In this document: positions 55,689 to 64,000 of the stretch, one piece after another
Layout: every line of letters starts with the position of its first letter
How positions within the stretch are numbered: position 1 is the stretch's first letter
Assembly: GCA_043754535.1 (NCBI GenBank)
Contig: JAYUUN010000048.1
Location: 64,484 to 128,483, forward strand
Origin: Chloroflexota bacterium
GTDB taxonomy: Bacteria; Chloroflexota; Chloroflexia; QHBQ01
DNA: 64,000 bases
Direction of reading: 5' to 3'
Program-made: the position numbers and the translations under genes
The notes under the pieces: generated by a model
The model's input: the letters and a program-made list of their open reading frames with translations, nothing else
The model's database searches: none
What the model was told of the DNA's origin: nothing

Positions 55689-58574
55689 CTATGTAGCGGC
55701 CAGGGCGTAGGCCACCGCCTGCGCCCTACTCATCGTCTGCCCGGCGGCCCAGGCAAGTCCAAACGCCGCTTCACCCAACCGCTCACGGCAGCGGGTAAGG
55801 GTACGATCATAGTGCGCCCGCTCAAGCGGCAGCCAGGCATTCTGCTCGAACAAGGCCTCACCGCTACTCAACAACTGCACGGCGCGCCTGCTATCAGCAG
55901 TGCCACCCTCGGCGGCCAGCAGGCCAAAACTGGTCAGTGCATCCACTATGGTGGCTAGATCGTCTATGCTGGCAGCCAGCCGCAGACCTTGAGTGAGTAG
56001 TCGCTGTGCCTCTAGCTTGCTATCCTGGACACGCTTCAGGTTGCCAAGCCGGAGCAGAGCAATAGCCTCCAACGACTGGTAGCCGCAGTCGTGGCTGAGG
56101 GTAAAGGCGGCCTGGTAGAACCGCTCGGCCTCTATTAGCTCCCCCTCCGCATAGGCCACCCGACCCAGGCCATCAAGGGCAATGGCAGTAGCTATTTTGT
56201 CGTTGAGCTCGTGGGCGATAGCCAGGTTTTCCATGTACAGGGCGCGGGCTTGCTGGTAGTTACCATGCCACAAGGCGATGCCAGCCAGGCTCAGGGCTAC
56301 ATCAGCGGTGGCTTGCTTGTCACCCCGCTGCTGGCTGATCGCCCTGCTCTCCTCCAACAGCGGGGTTGCAACCGCGTAATCTTTGGCGACCAGCGCAATG
56401 TTGCCCAGGTTGTAGAGGCCAGTACCGATCAAACGCTGATCGCCCAATTCGCGGGCTATCGCCAGGCTCGTCTGGTAGCGGGCGGTGGCGGTGGGGTAGT
56501 CGCGAGCTTCGCCTGCGACATTGCCCAGGTTGTTGAGCGAAGCCGCTTCGCCACGGCGGTCGCCCAGTTGCCGCCGCAGCAGCAATGCCTGCTCGTAGCA
56601 GCTAGTAGCGGCGGGGTGATCGCCCTGCCAAAAGGCGAGGTTGCCCGCACCGTTGAGGGCTTTGGCCCGTGCGGCAGGGTCGCCGTCGGGAGTAGCAGCA
56701 AGGGTGGCGGCCAGCAACTCGCGGCCCAGGCTGAGGTGGCCGTGGCCCTCCCAGAACCGCCAGAGTGCGCCCGCCAGCCGCAGGGCGAGCGGGGGGTCGT
56801 TGCTTAGCCCCCAGGTAATCGCCTGCCGCAGGTCGCTATGCTCGGCTTCGAGGGTGTTGAGCCAGTAACCTTGACGGCTGCTCCGCAACTCCGGCTCGGC
56901 GGTCTCGGCCAGCCACAGATAGTAGGCAGCGTGCCGCTCGGCGCAGGCGACAGCTTCACCGCTAGCAGCTAGCTTCTCGGCAGCAAACTCCAGAATGGTT
57001 TGCAGCATGGTGTAGCGCAGGTCTGCCGCCGTCTCAACTCCAGCAGGGGGGATCAGGCGGCGCAGCAGGCTCTTGTCGGCCAGGGCATCGAGGGTGGCGG
57101 CCAGGTCGTCGCCCGCATTGGGGCTGACCGCACTGGCAGCGGCAACGGTGCAGCCCGCACTAAAGACGGCGAGGCGGCGGTAGAGTTGCTGCTCAGCCGG
57201 GGAGAGCAGGTCGTAGCTCCAGGCTATCGTCTCGCGCAGGCTGCGCTGGCGGGGGTCGCTAACCCGCAGTTGGCTGACCAGGGCCAGCCTGCTACCCAGC
57301 CGCTGCTCCAACTGGGGGGCAGTGATCAGCTTGCAACGAGCGGCGGCCAGTTCAATAGCCAGCGGCAAACCGTCTAGCCGCACGCAGATCGCCGCTACCG
57401 CCGCTGCGTTCTCCTCACTCAAGCGGAAGTGGGGATTGACTGCCCCAGCCCGGCTGACGAACAGGGCGACCGCTGGGCCGCGTTGCAGTTCGGCGAGGGC
57501 AGGCAGTTGCTTGAGGTCGGGCAGCGGCAAGGGCGAGAGCGGGTACTCCTGCTCGCCCGCCAGGTGCAAGGGTTCGCGGCTGCTGACCAGCAGGCTGAGG
57601 GTGGGGGCGGCGGCCAGCAGGTCACCTAGTAGGGGAGCGGCTTCGAGCAATTGCTCAAAGTTGTCTAGCACTAGCAGCAACCGCCTACTCTGCACAAAGC
57701 CACGCAGGGTCTCCTCCAGGCTACCGCCCGCCTGCTCGTTCAGGCCCAGGGTGGCGGCCAGGCTGCCCAGCAGGTCGGCCCGATTGCTGCTGCTAGCTAG
57801 CGGCACAAAGTACACGCCCGCGCACTCGTCCACCAATCCGGCGGCCACCTGCAAGCTGAGGCGCGTCTTGCCTACCCCCCCCGGCCCAACGATGGTCAGC
57901 AAGCGAGCATTGTGCTGGCGCAGGCAGGCACGGATAGCGGCTACCTCCACCTCGCGGCCCACGAAACTGGTAAGCTGAGCAGGCAGGTTGTGGGGGCGCG
58001 GGTCAAGCGTGGGCAGCGGAGGGAAGGTGTCGAGCAGGTCTGGGGCAGCCAGGCGGTAGAGCCGCTCGGCAGGCAAGTCGCGCAGTAGCCGTTCGCCCAG
58101 GTCTAGCAGGCTAAGGCCCTTCGCCAGCCGTCCAGCCAGGGCGTGATTAAGCGCGGCAGAGACAAGCATCTGACCGCCAGCGCAAACCGCCAACATCCGC
58201 GACAGGCGGTTGAGAGTGAGGGGCGCATAGTAGTCTTCGCCGCGCTGCTCGGCAGGGCCACAGTGCAGGGCCATCTTCACCCGCAAGCTGCCAACCCCCC
58301 CCCAATCCTCGGTCAGCAAAGCGCGTTGAGCGGCGGCGGCGGCAGCGAGAGCAGCAGCGGAGTCGGGAAAGGCAATACAGCATTGGTCGCCGATTACCTG
58401 AAAGATAGTGCCACCGCCTGCAGCTACCGCTTGCTGCAAGATCGCATGGTGACGATCCAGGGTGGGCTGCATCAGGCGCGGCTGCATCTCCCAGTAGCGG
58501 GCAGCACCCTCAATGGCTGTAAAGAGAAATGTATAGGTAGCCCCAGTATCCTGCTGCATAGCTGCCCCTCCCAC
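55689..58574 (-). CDS. STAND-type ATPase (NB-ARC/AAA) with a degenerate N-terminal cyclase-homology domain and C-terminal TPR repeats
   Basis: N-terminal YTFLFTAIEGAARYWE (first metal Asp replaced by Ala) and VIGDQCCIAF. P-loop GPGGVGKTRL, Walker B LLVLDNFEQ, and at least 8 TPR-like units. Confidence 0.8.
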   Translation of the reverse strand: MGGAAMQQDTGATYTFLFTAIEGAARYWEMQPRLMQPTLDRHHAILQQAVAAGGGTIFQVIGDQCCIAFPDSAAALAAAAAAQRALLTEDWGGVGSLRVKMALHCGPAEQRGEDYYAPLTLNRLSRMLAVCAGGQMLVSAALNHALAGRLAKGLSLLDLGERLLRDLPAERLYRLAAPDLLDTFPPLPTLDPRPHNLPAQLTSFVGREVEVAAIRACLRQHNARLLTIVGPGGVGKTRLSLQVAAGLVDECAGVYFVPLASSSNRADLLGSLAATLGLNEQAGGSLEETLRGFVQSRRLLLVLDNFEQLLEAAPLLGDLLAAAPTLSLLVSSREPLHLAGEQEYPLSPLPLPDLKQLPALAELQRGPAVALFVSRAGAVNPHFRLSEENAAAVAAICVRLDGLPLAIELAAARCKLITAPQLEQRLGSRLALVSQLRVSDPRQRSLRETIAWSYDLLSPAEQQLYRRLAVFSAGCTVAAASAVSPNAGDDLAATLDALADKSLLRRLIPPAGVETAADLRYTMLQTILEFAAEKLAASGEAVACAERHAAYYLWLAETAEPELRSSRQGYWLNTLEAEHSDLRQAITWGLSNDPPLALRLAGALWRFWEGHGHLSLGRELLAATLAATPDGDPAARAKALNGAGNLAFWQGDHPAATSCYEQALLLRRQLGDRRGEAASLNNLGNVAGEARDYPTATARYQTSLAIARELGDQRLIGTGLYNLGNIALVAKDYAVATPLLEESRAISQQRGDKQATADVALSLAGIALWHGNYQQARALYMENLAIAHELNDKIATAIALDGLGRVAYAEGELIEAERFYQAAFTLSHDCGYQSLEAIALLRLGNLKRVQDSKLEAQRLLTQGLRLAASIDDLATIVDALTSFGLLAAEGGTADSRRAVQLLSSGEALFEQNAWLPLERAHYDRTLTRCRERLGEAAFGLAWAAGQTMSRAQAVAYALAAT

Positions 58575-58827
58575 CAGACTCCGTTTCCCCTATTATAACA
58601 TAGCAGGGCAGGTGGCAGGAGGGTGGACGGTTCAGGACAGCCGCCCTATGGTCAACAGAGGCTGCTGAATGGAAGAAAAAGTGGCTAGCGCAAGTTAGGC
58701 CTTGCTAGATCAGCCACGGTCTGCATCGCAGGGCGGGTGTGGCTGGACAGCAGCTAGCCACACTCTCGCTGGCAAGAGCGGCGATTGGTAGAGAGGAGAC
58801 CAGCCCTGGTGCGCTGACCTCAGCCGC

Positions 58828-59163
58828 TTAGTCGTTGGTGGAGGTTGGATGTGGAGTCGGCATAGGGTGCCGTGTTGGGAGTGGGCAGGGAGTGCCAGTG
58901 TGGGTTGGCTGTGGTGGTGGGGTGCCATGCCAGGTCGGGTGCGGGGGGGGCGTGCCATGCCAGGTTGGGTGCGGTGGCGGGGTCAAGTTCCAGGTCGGGT
59001 GCGGCGGTGGCGTGCCGCTCCAGGTTGGGTGCGGCGGCCTACGGTGGTCGCTGCTGGCGGTGGCACTCTGCGCGGTCACGGCACCAGCCAGCATCACACC
59101 AAAGCAGCCAACAACCAGCAGCATCACAGCCAAGTGTACAAGTCTCGATTTTTGGGTGGGCAT
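58828..59163 (-). CDS. small secreted Pro/His/Trp-rich decapeptide-repeat protein (111 aa)
   Basis: The ATG at 59163 has AAGGAG 7 nt upstream. Signal peptide LVHLAVMLLVVGCFGVMLAGAVTAQS, then PPHPTWSGT-PPPHPTWNLT-PPPHPTWHGT-PPPHPTWHGT-PPPQPTHTGT... Confidence 0.6.
   Translation of the reverse strand: MPTQKSRLVHLAVMLLVVGCFGVMLAGAVTAQSATASSDHRRPPHPTWSGTPPPHPTWNLTPPPHPTWHGTPPPHPTWHGTPPPQPTHTGTPCPLPTRHPMPTPHPTSTND
58864..59040 (-). repeat. 30-bp tandem coding repeats (about 6 units, the first four well conserved)
   Basis: ccaggt(c/t)gggtgcgg(n)ggcgtgcc(n) units are visible on the + strand. Confidence 0.85.
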
Positions 59164-59400
59164 CGAACGACTCCTTCTTTCTTCCGGGTACGATTTCACC
59201 TGACCCCTTGATCTAGAGGTGAATACAAGCATAGCACAGCTTGTATCAACTGGCAAGTGGTGAGGAACAAAATAGTACCAATGGCTAGAGGGACGGCAGC
59301 TAGTCCCAGATGGTACTACGCTGTAGAGGAGGCTTATGCGGCACTCTGTGGGTTGGGCCTTACGGTCATCATGTATAATAGGCGCAAGGGAGGGCGGCCA

Positions 59401-59946
59401 GTGGTCAAGAAGTGGCAGATCATCGAGCGGCGGCTGGTGGTGGATAACCCCTGGTTGCAGGTCTATGAAGACGATATGTTGACTGGCACCGGGGTGCGGG
59501 TGGACGGCTACTATACGGTACGTAAGCGCGACTTTGCCGCCGTCGTGCCGCTAACCAGCGACGGCCAGGTGTTGCTGATCCGCGAGTACAAGCACGCAGT
59601 TGGCGAGGTGGTCTGGTCGCTGCCTGCTGGCATCGTAGATCAAGGAGAGGATGCAGCAACGGCAGCAGCCCGCGAGTTGCACGAGGAGACTGGCTACGTT
59701 GCTGCTAGCCTGGAACACCTCGGCACCTGGGTGGTATCGGACGCGTTTGTGGCTGACAAGGCGCACCTGTTCGTCGCCTACGATGTGCAGGCTAGTGGAG
59801 CAGCACAGCTGGAAGCGAGCGAGGAGATCGAGTGCCAACTCATGCCCTTTGCAGAGGCGATCCGAGCAGTGGAGGCGGGTGGTCTGTTCAGCGGGGTAGG
59901 GTTGGTGGCCGCCTTGCTGCTGGCAGCGCGGCGGGTGGGCTTGTAG
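59401..59946 (+). CDS. NUDIX hydrolase, ADP-ribose pyrophosphatase-like
   Basis: Nudix box GIVDQGEDAATAAARELHEETGY. The GTG at 59401 has AGGGAGGG 6 nt upstream, and TATAAT lies at 59374-59379. The track start at 59257 is probably too long; the ATG at 59371 is an alternative. Confidence 0.75.
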   Translation: MVKKWQIIERRLVVDNPWLQVYEDDMLTGTGVRVDGYYTVRKRDFAAVVPLTSDGQVLLIREYKHAVGEVVWSLPAGIVDQGEDAATAAARELHEETGYVAASLEHLGTWVVSDAFVADKAHLFVAYDVQASGAAQLEASEEIECQLMPFAEAIRAVEAGGLFSGVGLVAALLLAARRVGL

Positions 59947-59952
59947 GCGCGC

Positions 59953-59981
59953 TTGACGCAAGCGCGCCAGGCAGCTATAAT
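59953..59981 (+). promoter_or_regulatory. sigma-70-type promoter (TTGACG-N17-TATAAT) placed for a leaderless tmk transcript
   Basis: The -10 element ends 6 nt before the ATG at 59988, with no SD in between. Confidence 0.5.
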
Positions 59982-59987
59982 GCGCCC

Positions 59988-60764
59988 ATGTCTGCACGTT
60001 ATGTCAAAGAGGTAAGGATCAGGCAGATGGGGGAAGAAGCAAGTGCGGTCAGGCAAGCAGGCGGCCAGCCCAGGCAGGGGCAGCCCTTGCCTGGGCTGTT
60101 GATCGTCTTCGAGGGGCTGGATGCTAGCGGCATCTCTGGGCAGGTGGCTCGCCTGACCGAGGCGATCAAGGCTCACGGTGGGCGGGCGGCCAAGACCAAG
60201 CAGCCAAGTGATGGGCCACTGGGGGCATTGCTGCGCCTGGTGCTGCAACGCCGCCTGACCTACGCTCGCGCCGAGGACGAGGACCCCGCCCCGGCGATAG
60301 AGCCGACTACGGTCGCCATGCTCTATGCCGCCGACCGCCTGGATCACCTTGTTAACGAGGTTGAACCACGGCTGGCTAGGGGCATCCACATGGTTTGCGA
60401 CCGTTACGTACTTAGCAATCTGGCCTACCAGGGGATAGATGTGGAGCGCGAGTGGCTGCGCCAGATCAACGCGCAGGCCCGCCATGCCGACATCACCTTC
60501 TTCCTTAGTGTGCCGCCAGAGCAAAGTAGCCAGCAGATTGCTGAACGCCAGCGGCATGGCTACAGTAAAGAACTGTTTGAGGATCAGGTGAAGTTGGAGA
60601 AGGTCTGGCGCAACTTCCAGGAGTTGATTGTCGAGGAGCAGGCAGCGGGGCGGCAAGTCGAGGTGGTGGATGGTAGCCAGACGGCGGACGCGATCCACCA
60701 ACAGATCAGGGATAGAGTATTGGCGATCATCACAGAGCGCGAGGCGCAGAAGCAGGAGCGTTGA
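59988..60764 (+). CDS. tmk: thymidylate kinase family protein with an atypical P-loop
   Basis: LIVFEGLDASGISGQ (family position of GxDGxGKST), DRYVLSNLAYQG and ADITFFLSVPPE. The track start at 59832 overlaps the Nudix gene and is unlikely. Confidence 0.7.
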   Translation: MSARYVKEVRIRQMGEEASAVRQAGGQPRQGQPLPGLLIVFEGLDASGISGQVARLTEAIKAHGGRAAKTKQPSDGPLGALLRLVLQRRLTYARAEDEDPAPAIEPTTVAMLYAADRLDHLVNEVEPRLARGIHMVCDRYVLSNLAYQGIDVEREWLRQINAQARHADITFFLSVPPEQSSQQIAERQRHGYSKELFEDQVKLEKVWRNFQELIVEEQAAGRQVEVVDGSQTADAIHQQIRDRVLAIITEREAQKQER

Positions 60765-61750
60765 TGACACACATCCTGGCCCAGGCGAGCGGCGGGGCGG
60801 TCAACACCGGCCAACTGGTGATTACCATCCTCGGCTTCGTCGCCCTGATCCTGATCGGCGCGGGCCTCAAGACGGTGGTACCCCAGAGCGCGGCGGCTGG
60901 CCCAGCGATCAACCTGTTCGTCCTCAATCTCACCTTGCCCGCCAGCGTCTTCCTGGCCGTGCGAAAGGCGGCGGATACTGGGGCGACTCTCGGTGCCGAC
61001 GAGATCAAGATGGTACTGATCGCCCTGCTAGTGATCCTGGTCTCTGCCGTGCTGGCGGTGGTGACCGCCCGCCTGCTCCACCTGCCACGCCGCACCGAAG
61101 GCACGTTCGTGCTAGTGACGATGTTTGGCAGCACGGCTACTATCGGCTTGCCAGTGATCACCGGGTTGTACCAGAACAGTGGCAAGGCCAGCCTGCTCCA
61201 CATCTTCTACAGCGAGGTTGGTACACTGATCCCCCTGGTGGTCATCGGCGTGCTGATCGCCTCCTATTACGGGGAGAGCGACGAGAGCAACCGCTTCAGC
61301 CTCCGCACCTTCCTGGCGATCCCTAAGGCGGCTCCCTTCGTCGCCCTGATGCTGGGTCTGCTGTTCTACAACGACCCAATCCCCGAGTTCATCACCGACC
61401 TCTTGAACAGGTTGCTGCTCGCCAATGCACCATTTGTCTTCCTTGCTCTCGGCCTGATCATCAACTGGCGCAACCTCAGCCGCTACGTCCGTTCGCTGTT
61501 GGCCCTCAATGTGATCAAGCTGCTGGCAGCCCCGCTGGTCGCTGCGCTGGTGGCCGTCCTCTTTGGCGTAGACGACATGGGGCGCAACGTGGCGGTGGTC
61601 GACTCGGCAGTGCCAGCGGTTTTGCTTGGTATCGCCTACTCGGCCCAGTACAAGCTGGACGTAGAGTTCGCCTCGGCAGCGGTGTTCTCCAGCTTCATCG
61701 TCTCGGCTGTCACCTTGCCGCTCACCTTCGTGCTACTCGGCGCGCACTGA
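60761..61750 (+). CDS. AEC (auxin efflux carrier) family membrane transporter
   Basis: About 10 TM segments in two halves, with the AEC-like pattern of N- and C-terminal 5-TM bundles. The start overlaps the tmk stop (ATGA). Confidence 0.7.
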   Translation: MMTHILAQASGGAVNTGQLVITILGFVALILIGAGLKTVVPQSAAAGPAINLFVLNLTLPASVFLAVRKAADTGATLGADEIKMVLIALLVILVSAVLAVVTARLLHLPRRTEGTFVLVTMFGSTATIGLPVITGLYQNSGKASLLHIFYSEVGTLIPLVVIGVLIASYYGESDESNRFSLRTFLAIPKAAPFVALMLGLLFYNDPIPEFITDLLNRLLLANAPFVFLALGLIINWRNLSRYVRSLLALNVIKLLAAPLVAALVAVLFGVDDMGRNVAVVDSAVPAVLLGIAYSAQYKLDVEFASAAVFSSFIVSAVTLPLTFVLLGAH

Positions 61751-61871
61751 GCTAGCTATGGCCTGAAAGTACCATCGCTCACCCCTTGACAGCGGCGGTT
61801 GGCTGACCCATACTTGTCCCATTGCTATCATCTTCTGTTAGCCGCCCAGACTGGGCGAAAGGACGAGTATC

Positions 61872-64000
61872 ATGCGAACAACCAACCCAGTGCAGCGAGG
61901 GCGAGTAGCCCCGCTTACCCTCATCCTTACCCTCCTGCTTGTGCCGCTGGCCGGGCTGGTCAGCCTGCCAGCCCAGTCCGTGCAGGCAGCAGCCGTGCCT
62001 GTCGGTCAGGGCAGCTACACCGATACCTTCCCCACTGGTGCAGCGGGGGTACCTGGCCCTACCGCCAGCCCGCTACGCACCAGTAATGTCACTGGCCCGG
62101 TGCCAACCAATGACTGGTGGACTTCACTGGTCTGGCGCACCAGTAGCACCAACACCAGTGGCACCCTCTACGCCCACCCGCTGGCGGCAGTCGCCCGCTC
62201 GACCGCTTTCGCCCTCGGCTACCCCGATGTATACACCGTGACGGCCACTGGCGACTACGCCTACCCCTACGCGGAGGATGTCGCCCTCGGTGTGGAGGGC
62301 TTTACCAGTACCGCCCAGATGTTGCTCGACGGCTACTCCGACTGGTCGGCAACGGAGGTTTGGACTGACTCGGTGCGGACGATGCGGGCGACGATCACGC
62401 GCGGCTCCCCCTTCGTCTACCTCACCCGCAGGGGCGGGGATGTGATCGTCACCTTCAGCACCACCCCCACCCTCTCGGCCCTGAGCGGCAATGTGCTGAC
62501 TGCGACGGTCAACAATCACACCTATGCGATCTTTGGGCCAACTGGGGCAAGCTGGAACCAGCCCAGCAGCCGCCTGCTCACTTCTACACTCAATGGCCTG
62601 GACTACTACTCGGTTGCGCTGCTGCCTGATAGTTCGCTGGCGACCCTCAACTTCTACAAGACCTACGCCTACTCATTCGTTACCGACACACGGGTGGGCT
62701 GGAAGTATGACCCGGCCACTGCGCACGTGACCAGTGCCTATACTGTAACGACCGTGCCGAAGGAGGGGCCGAACGCTGGCACGTTGATGGCTCTCTACCG
62801 CCACCAGTGGCTAAACGGCGCGAGCGTAAACACGGCCTACAGCTACCTGTCGTCGCGTGGCACGATGAAGGTGCGGAGTGGCTCCTCGTTCAGCACGGTG
62901 ATGACCTACACTGGCGTGCTGCCGATCCTGCCGAACGTGGGCGATGGCGACCGCACGCGGCTGCAAGCCTACCTGAACGAGGCTGCCACCACTCTGTTTC
63001 CCACCCCACCACCGGGGTCTTACCAGGTGTATTGGGCGGGCAAGAACCTCAACCGCCTCAACCAACTGATCTGGATCGCCGACCAGCTTGGCGACACCAC
63101 CACCCGCGACCGCATCATTAACGCGGTCAAGGAGCATCTGCAAAACTGGTTTACTGCCGACGCGGGCGAGATCGCCAACCTTTTTTACTACAACAGTACC
63201 TGGGGGGCGATGATCGGCTACCCAACTAGTAATGGTATTGACAGCAACCTCAACGACCATCACTATAACTACAGCTACTTCATCCAGGCTGCCAGCACTG
63301 TCGCCCACTTCGACCCAGTTTGGGCGCAGGACAGCAACTGGGGGGGGATGGTACGCCTGCTGATCCGCGATGTGACCAGCCCCGACCGGGCCGATCCGCT
63401 CTTTCCCTTCCTGCGAACCTATGAGCCATATAGCGGCCACAACTATGCGGCTGGCAGTTATGCCAGCGGCAACACCGGCAACAACGAGGAGTCTAGTTCG
63501 CAGGCCAACTACTATGCTGCGTCGCTGATCAACTGGGGTTCGGAGAAGGGGGATAATACCATCCGCGACCTCGGCATCTTCATGTACACCAACCTGACGG
63601 TGGCGGCCCAGCAGTACTGGTACGATATGGATGGGCAAGTGCTGCCTCCTGGCTACCAGCACGACATGATCAGCCTGCTGTGGGACAACGGTGGTCGCTA
63701 CTGGACCTGGTTTGGCAACCACAACCAGCCAGAGTACGTGCGCGGCATCCACTGGCTGCCAATCACGGGCGCGTCGCTGTTTATGGGCGCACGGCCAGGC
63801 TACAACACGCTCAACTACAACGAACTGATCTCCGAGACAGGTGGCACACTCAACTATTGGCCCGACCTGGCCTGGTCGTTCCTTGCCCTCGACGACCCCA
63901 ATCGGGCAATCGCTGCCTTCGACGCGAACAGCAACTACGTGCCAGAGTGGGCGGAGAGCAAGGCGAATACGTACCACTGGCTGCACAACTTGCGTACCCT
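61872..64000 (+). CDS. secreted glycoside hydrolase family 81 endo-beta-1,3-glucanase; the 3' end is outside the window and the gene is not in the ORF track
   Basis: I translated by hand from the ATG at 61872. It has a signal peptide (LTLILTLLLVPLAGLVSLPAQSVQA), PTNDWW, and the GH81 catalytic-region motifs LNDHHYNYSYFIQAAS and NNEESSSQANYY. No stop occurs before nt 64000. Confidence 0.8.
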   Translation, partial: MRTTNPVQRGRVAPLTLILTLLLVPLAGLVSLPAQSVQAAAVPVGQGSYTDTFPTGAAGVPGPTASPLRTSNVTGPVPTNDWWTSLVWRTSSTNTSGTLYAHPLAAVARSTAFALGYPDVYTVTATGDYAYPYAEDVALGVEGFTSTAQMLLDGYSDWSATEVWTDSVRTMRATITRGSPFVYLTRRGGDVIVTFSTTPTLSALSGNVLTATVNNHTYAIFGPTGASWNQPSSRLLTSTLNGLDYYSVALLPDSSLATLNFYKTYAYSFVTDTRVGWKYDPATAHVTSAYTVTTVPKEGPNAGTLMALYRHQWLNGASVNTAYSYLSSRGTMKVRSGSSFSTVMTYTGVLPILPNVGDGDRTRLQAYLNEAATTLFPTPPPGSYQVYWAGKNLNRLNQLIWIADQLGDTTTRDRIINAVKEHLQNWFTADAGEIANLFYYNSTWGAMIGYPTSNGIDSNLNDHHYNYSYFIQAASTVAHFDPVWAQDSNWGGMVRLLIRDVTSPDRADPLFPFLRTYEPYSGHNYAAGSYASGNTGNNEESSSQANYYAASLINWGSEKGDNTIRDLGIFMYTNLTVAAQQYWYDMDGQVLPPGYQHDMISLLWDNGGRYWTWFGNHNQPEYVRGIHWLPITGASLFMGARPGYNTLNYNELISETGGTLNYWPDLAWSFLALDDPNRAIAAFDANSNYVPEWAESKANTYHWLHNLRT

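Noticed and set aside
58864-59040. A regularly spaced direct-repeat array that could superficially look like a CRISPR or minisatellite.
   Set aside because: The units are contiguous 30-bp coding repeats with no unique spacers. They sit inside an ORF with an SD and signal peptide, and no cas genes are in the window.

Overview
This is a 64 kb, roughly 60% GC, gene-dense chromosomal segment. I found no transposases, integrases, phage genes or CRISPR arrays. Thr/Pro-rich linkers, SLH-anchored envelope proteins, OpcA and monoderm-style MacAB efflux suggest a Chloroflexota-like organism, but that is inference only because no database search was possible. Most content is housekeeping: rpoN, hutU, rsgA, ilvE, rpsF-ssb-rpsR, fhs, trmD, xseAB, accB, efp, pepP, tmk and a full oxidative pentose-phosphate set (gnd, zwf, opcA, pgl, rpiA). 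RNA genes form one cluster of tRNA-Gln(CTG), tRNA-Gln(TTG), RNase P RNA and tRNA-His(GTG). A GH81 glucanase gene runs off the right edge and is missing from the ORF track. The main observations are: (1) four tandem CxxC thioredoxin-fold (PRX-like2) paralogs plus a decayed fifth copy sit between pgl and rpiA in the zwf-opcA-pgl gene string; (2) a MacAB-type efflux operon has a 792-aa adaptor with about 14 tandem 26-27-aa helical repeats, plus an unannotated 28-codon ORF abutting the permease start; (3) a membrane-anchored sortase-like protein lacking the catalytic His and Cys lies next to a secreted protein with an internal LPNTG; (4) ribosomal protein S18 carries a roughly 124-aa Gly/Arg-rich N-terminal extension; (5) a small secreted protein is built of PPPHPTW decapeptide repeats; (6) three class III cyclase-domain proteins occur, one a degenerate cyclase-STAND-TPR; (7) an NrtR-PncA operon has palindromic operator candidates; (8) there are leaderless-type promoters and one sigma-54-type promoter candidate. 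Several ORF-track starts were revised using Shine-Dalgarno spacing. All functional calls rest on motif recognition by eye.
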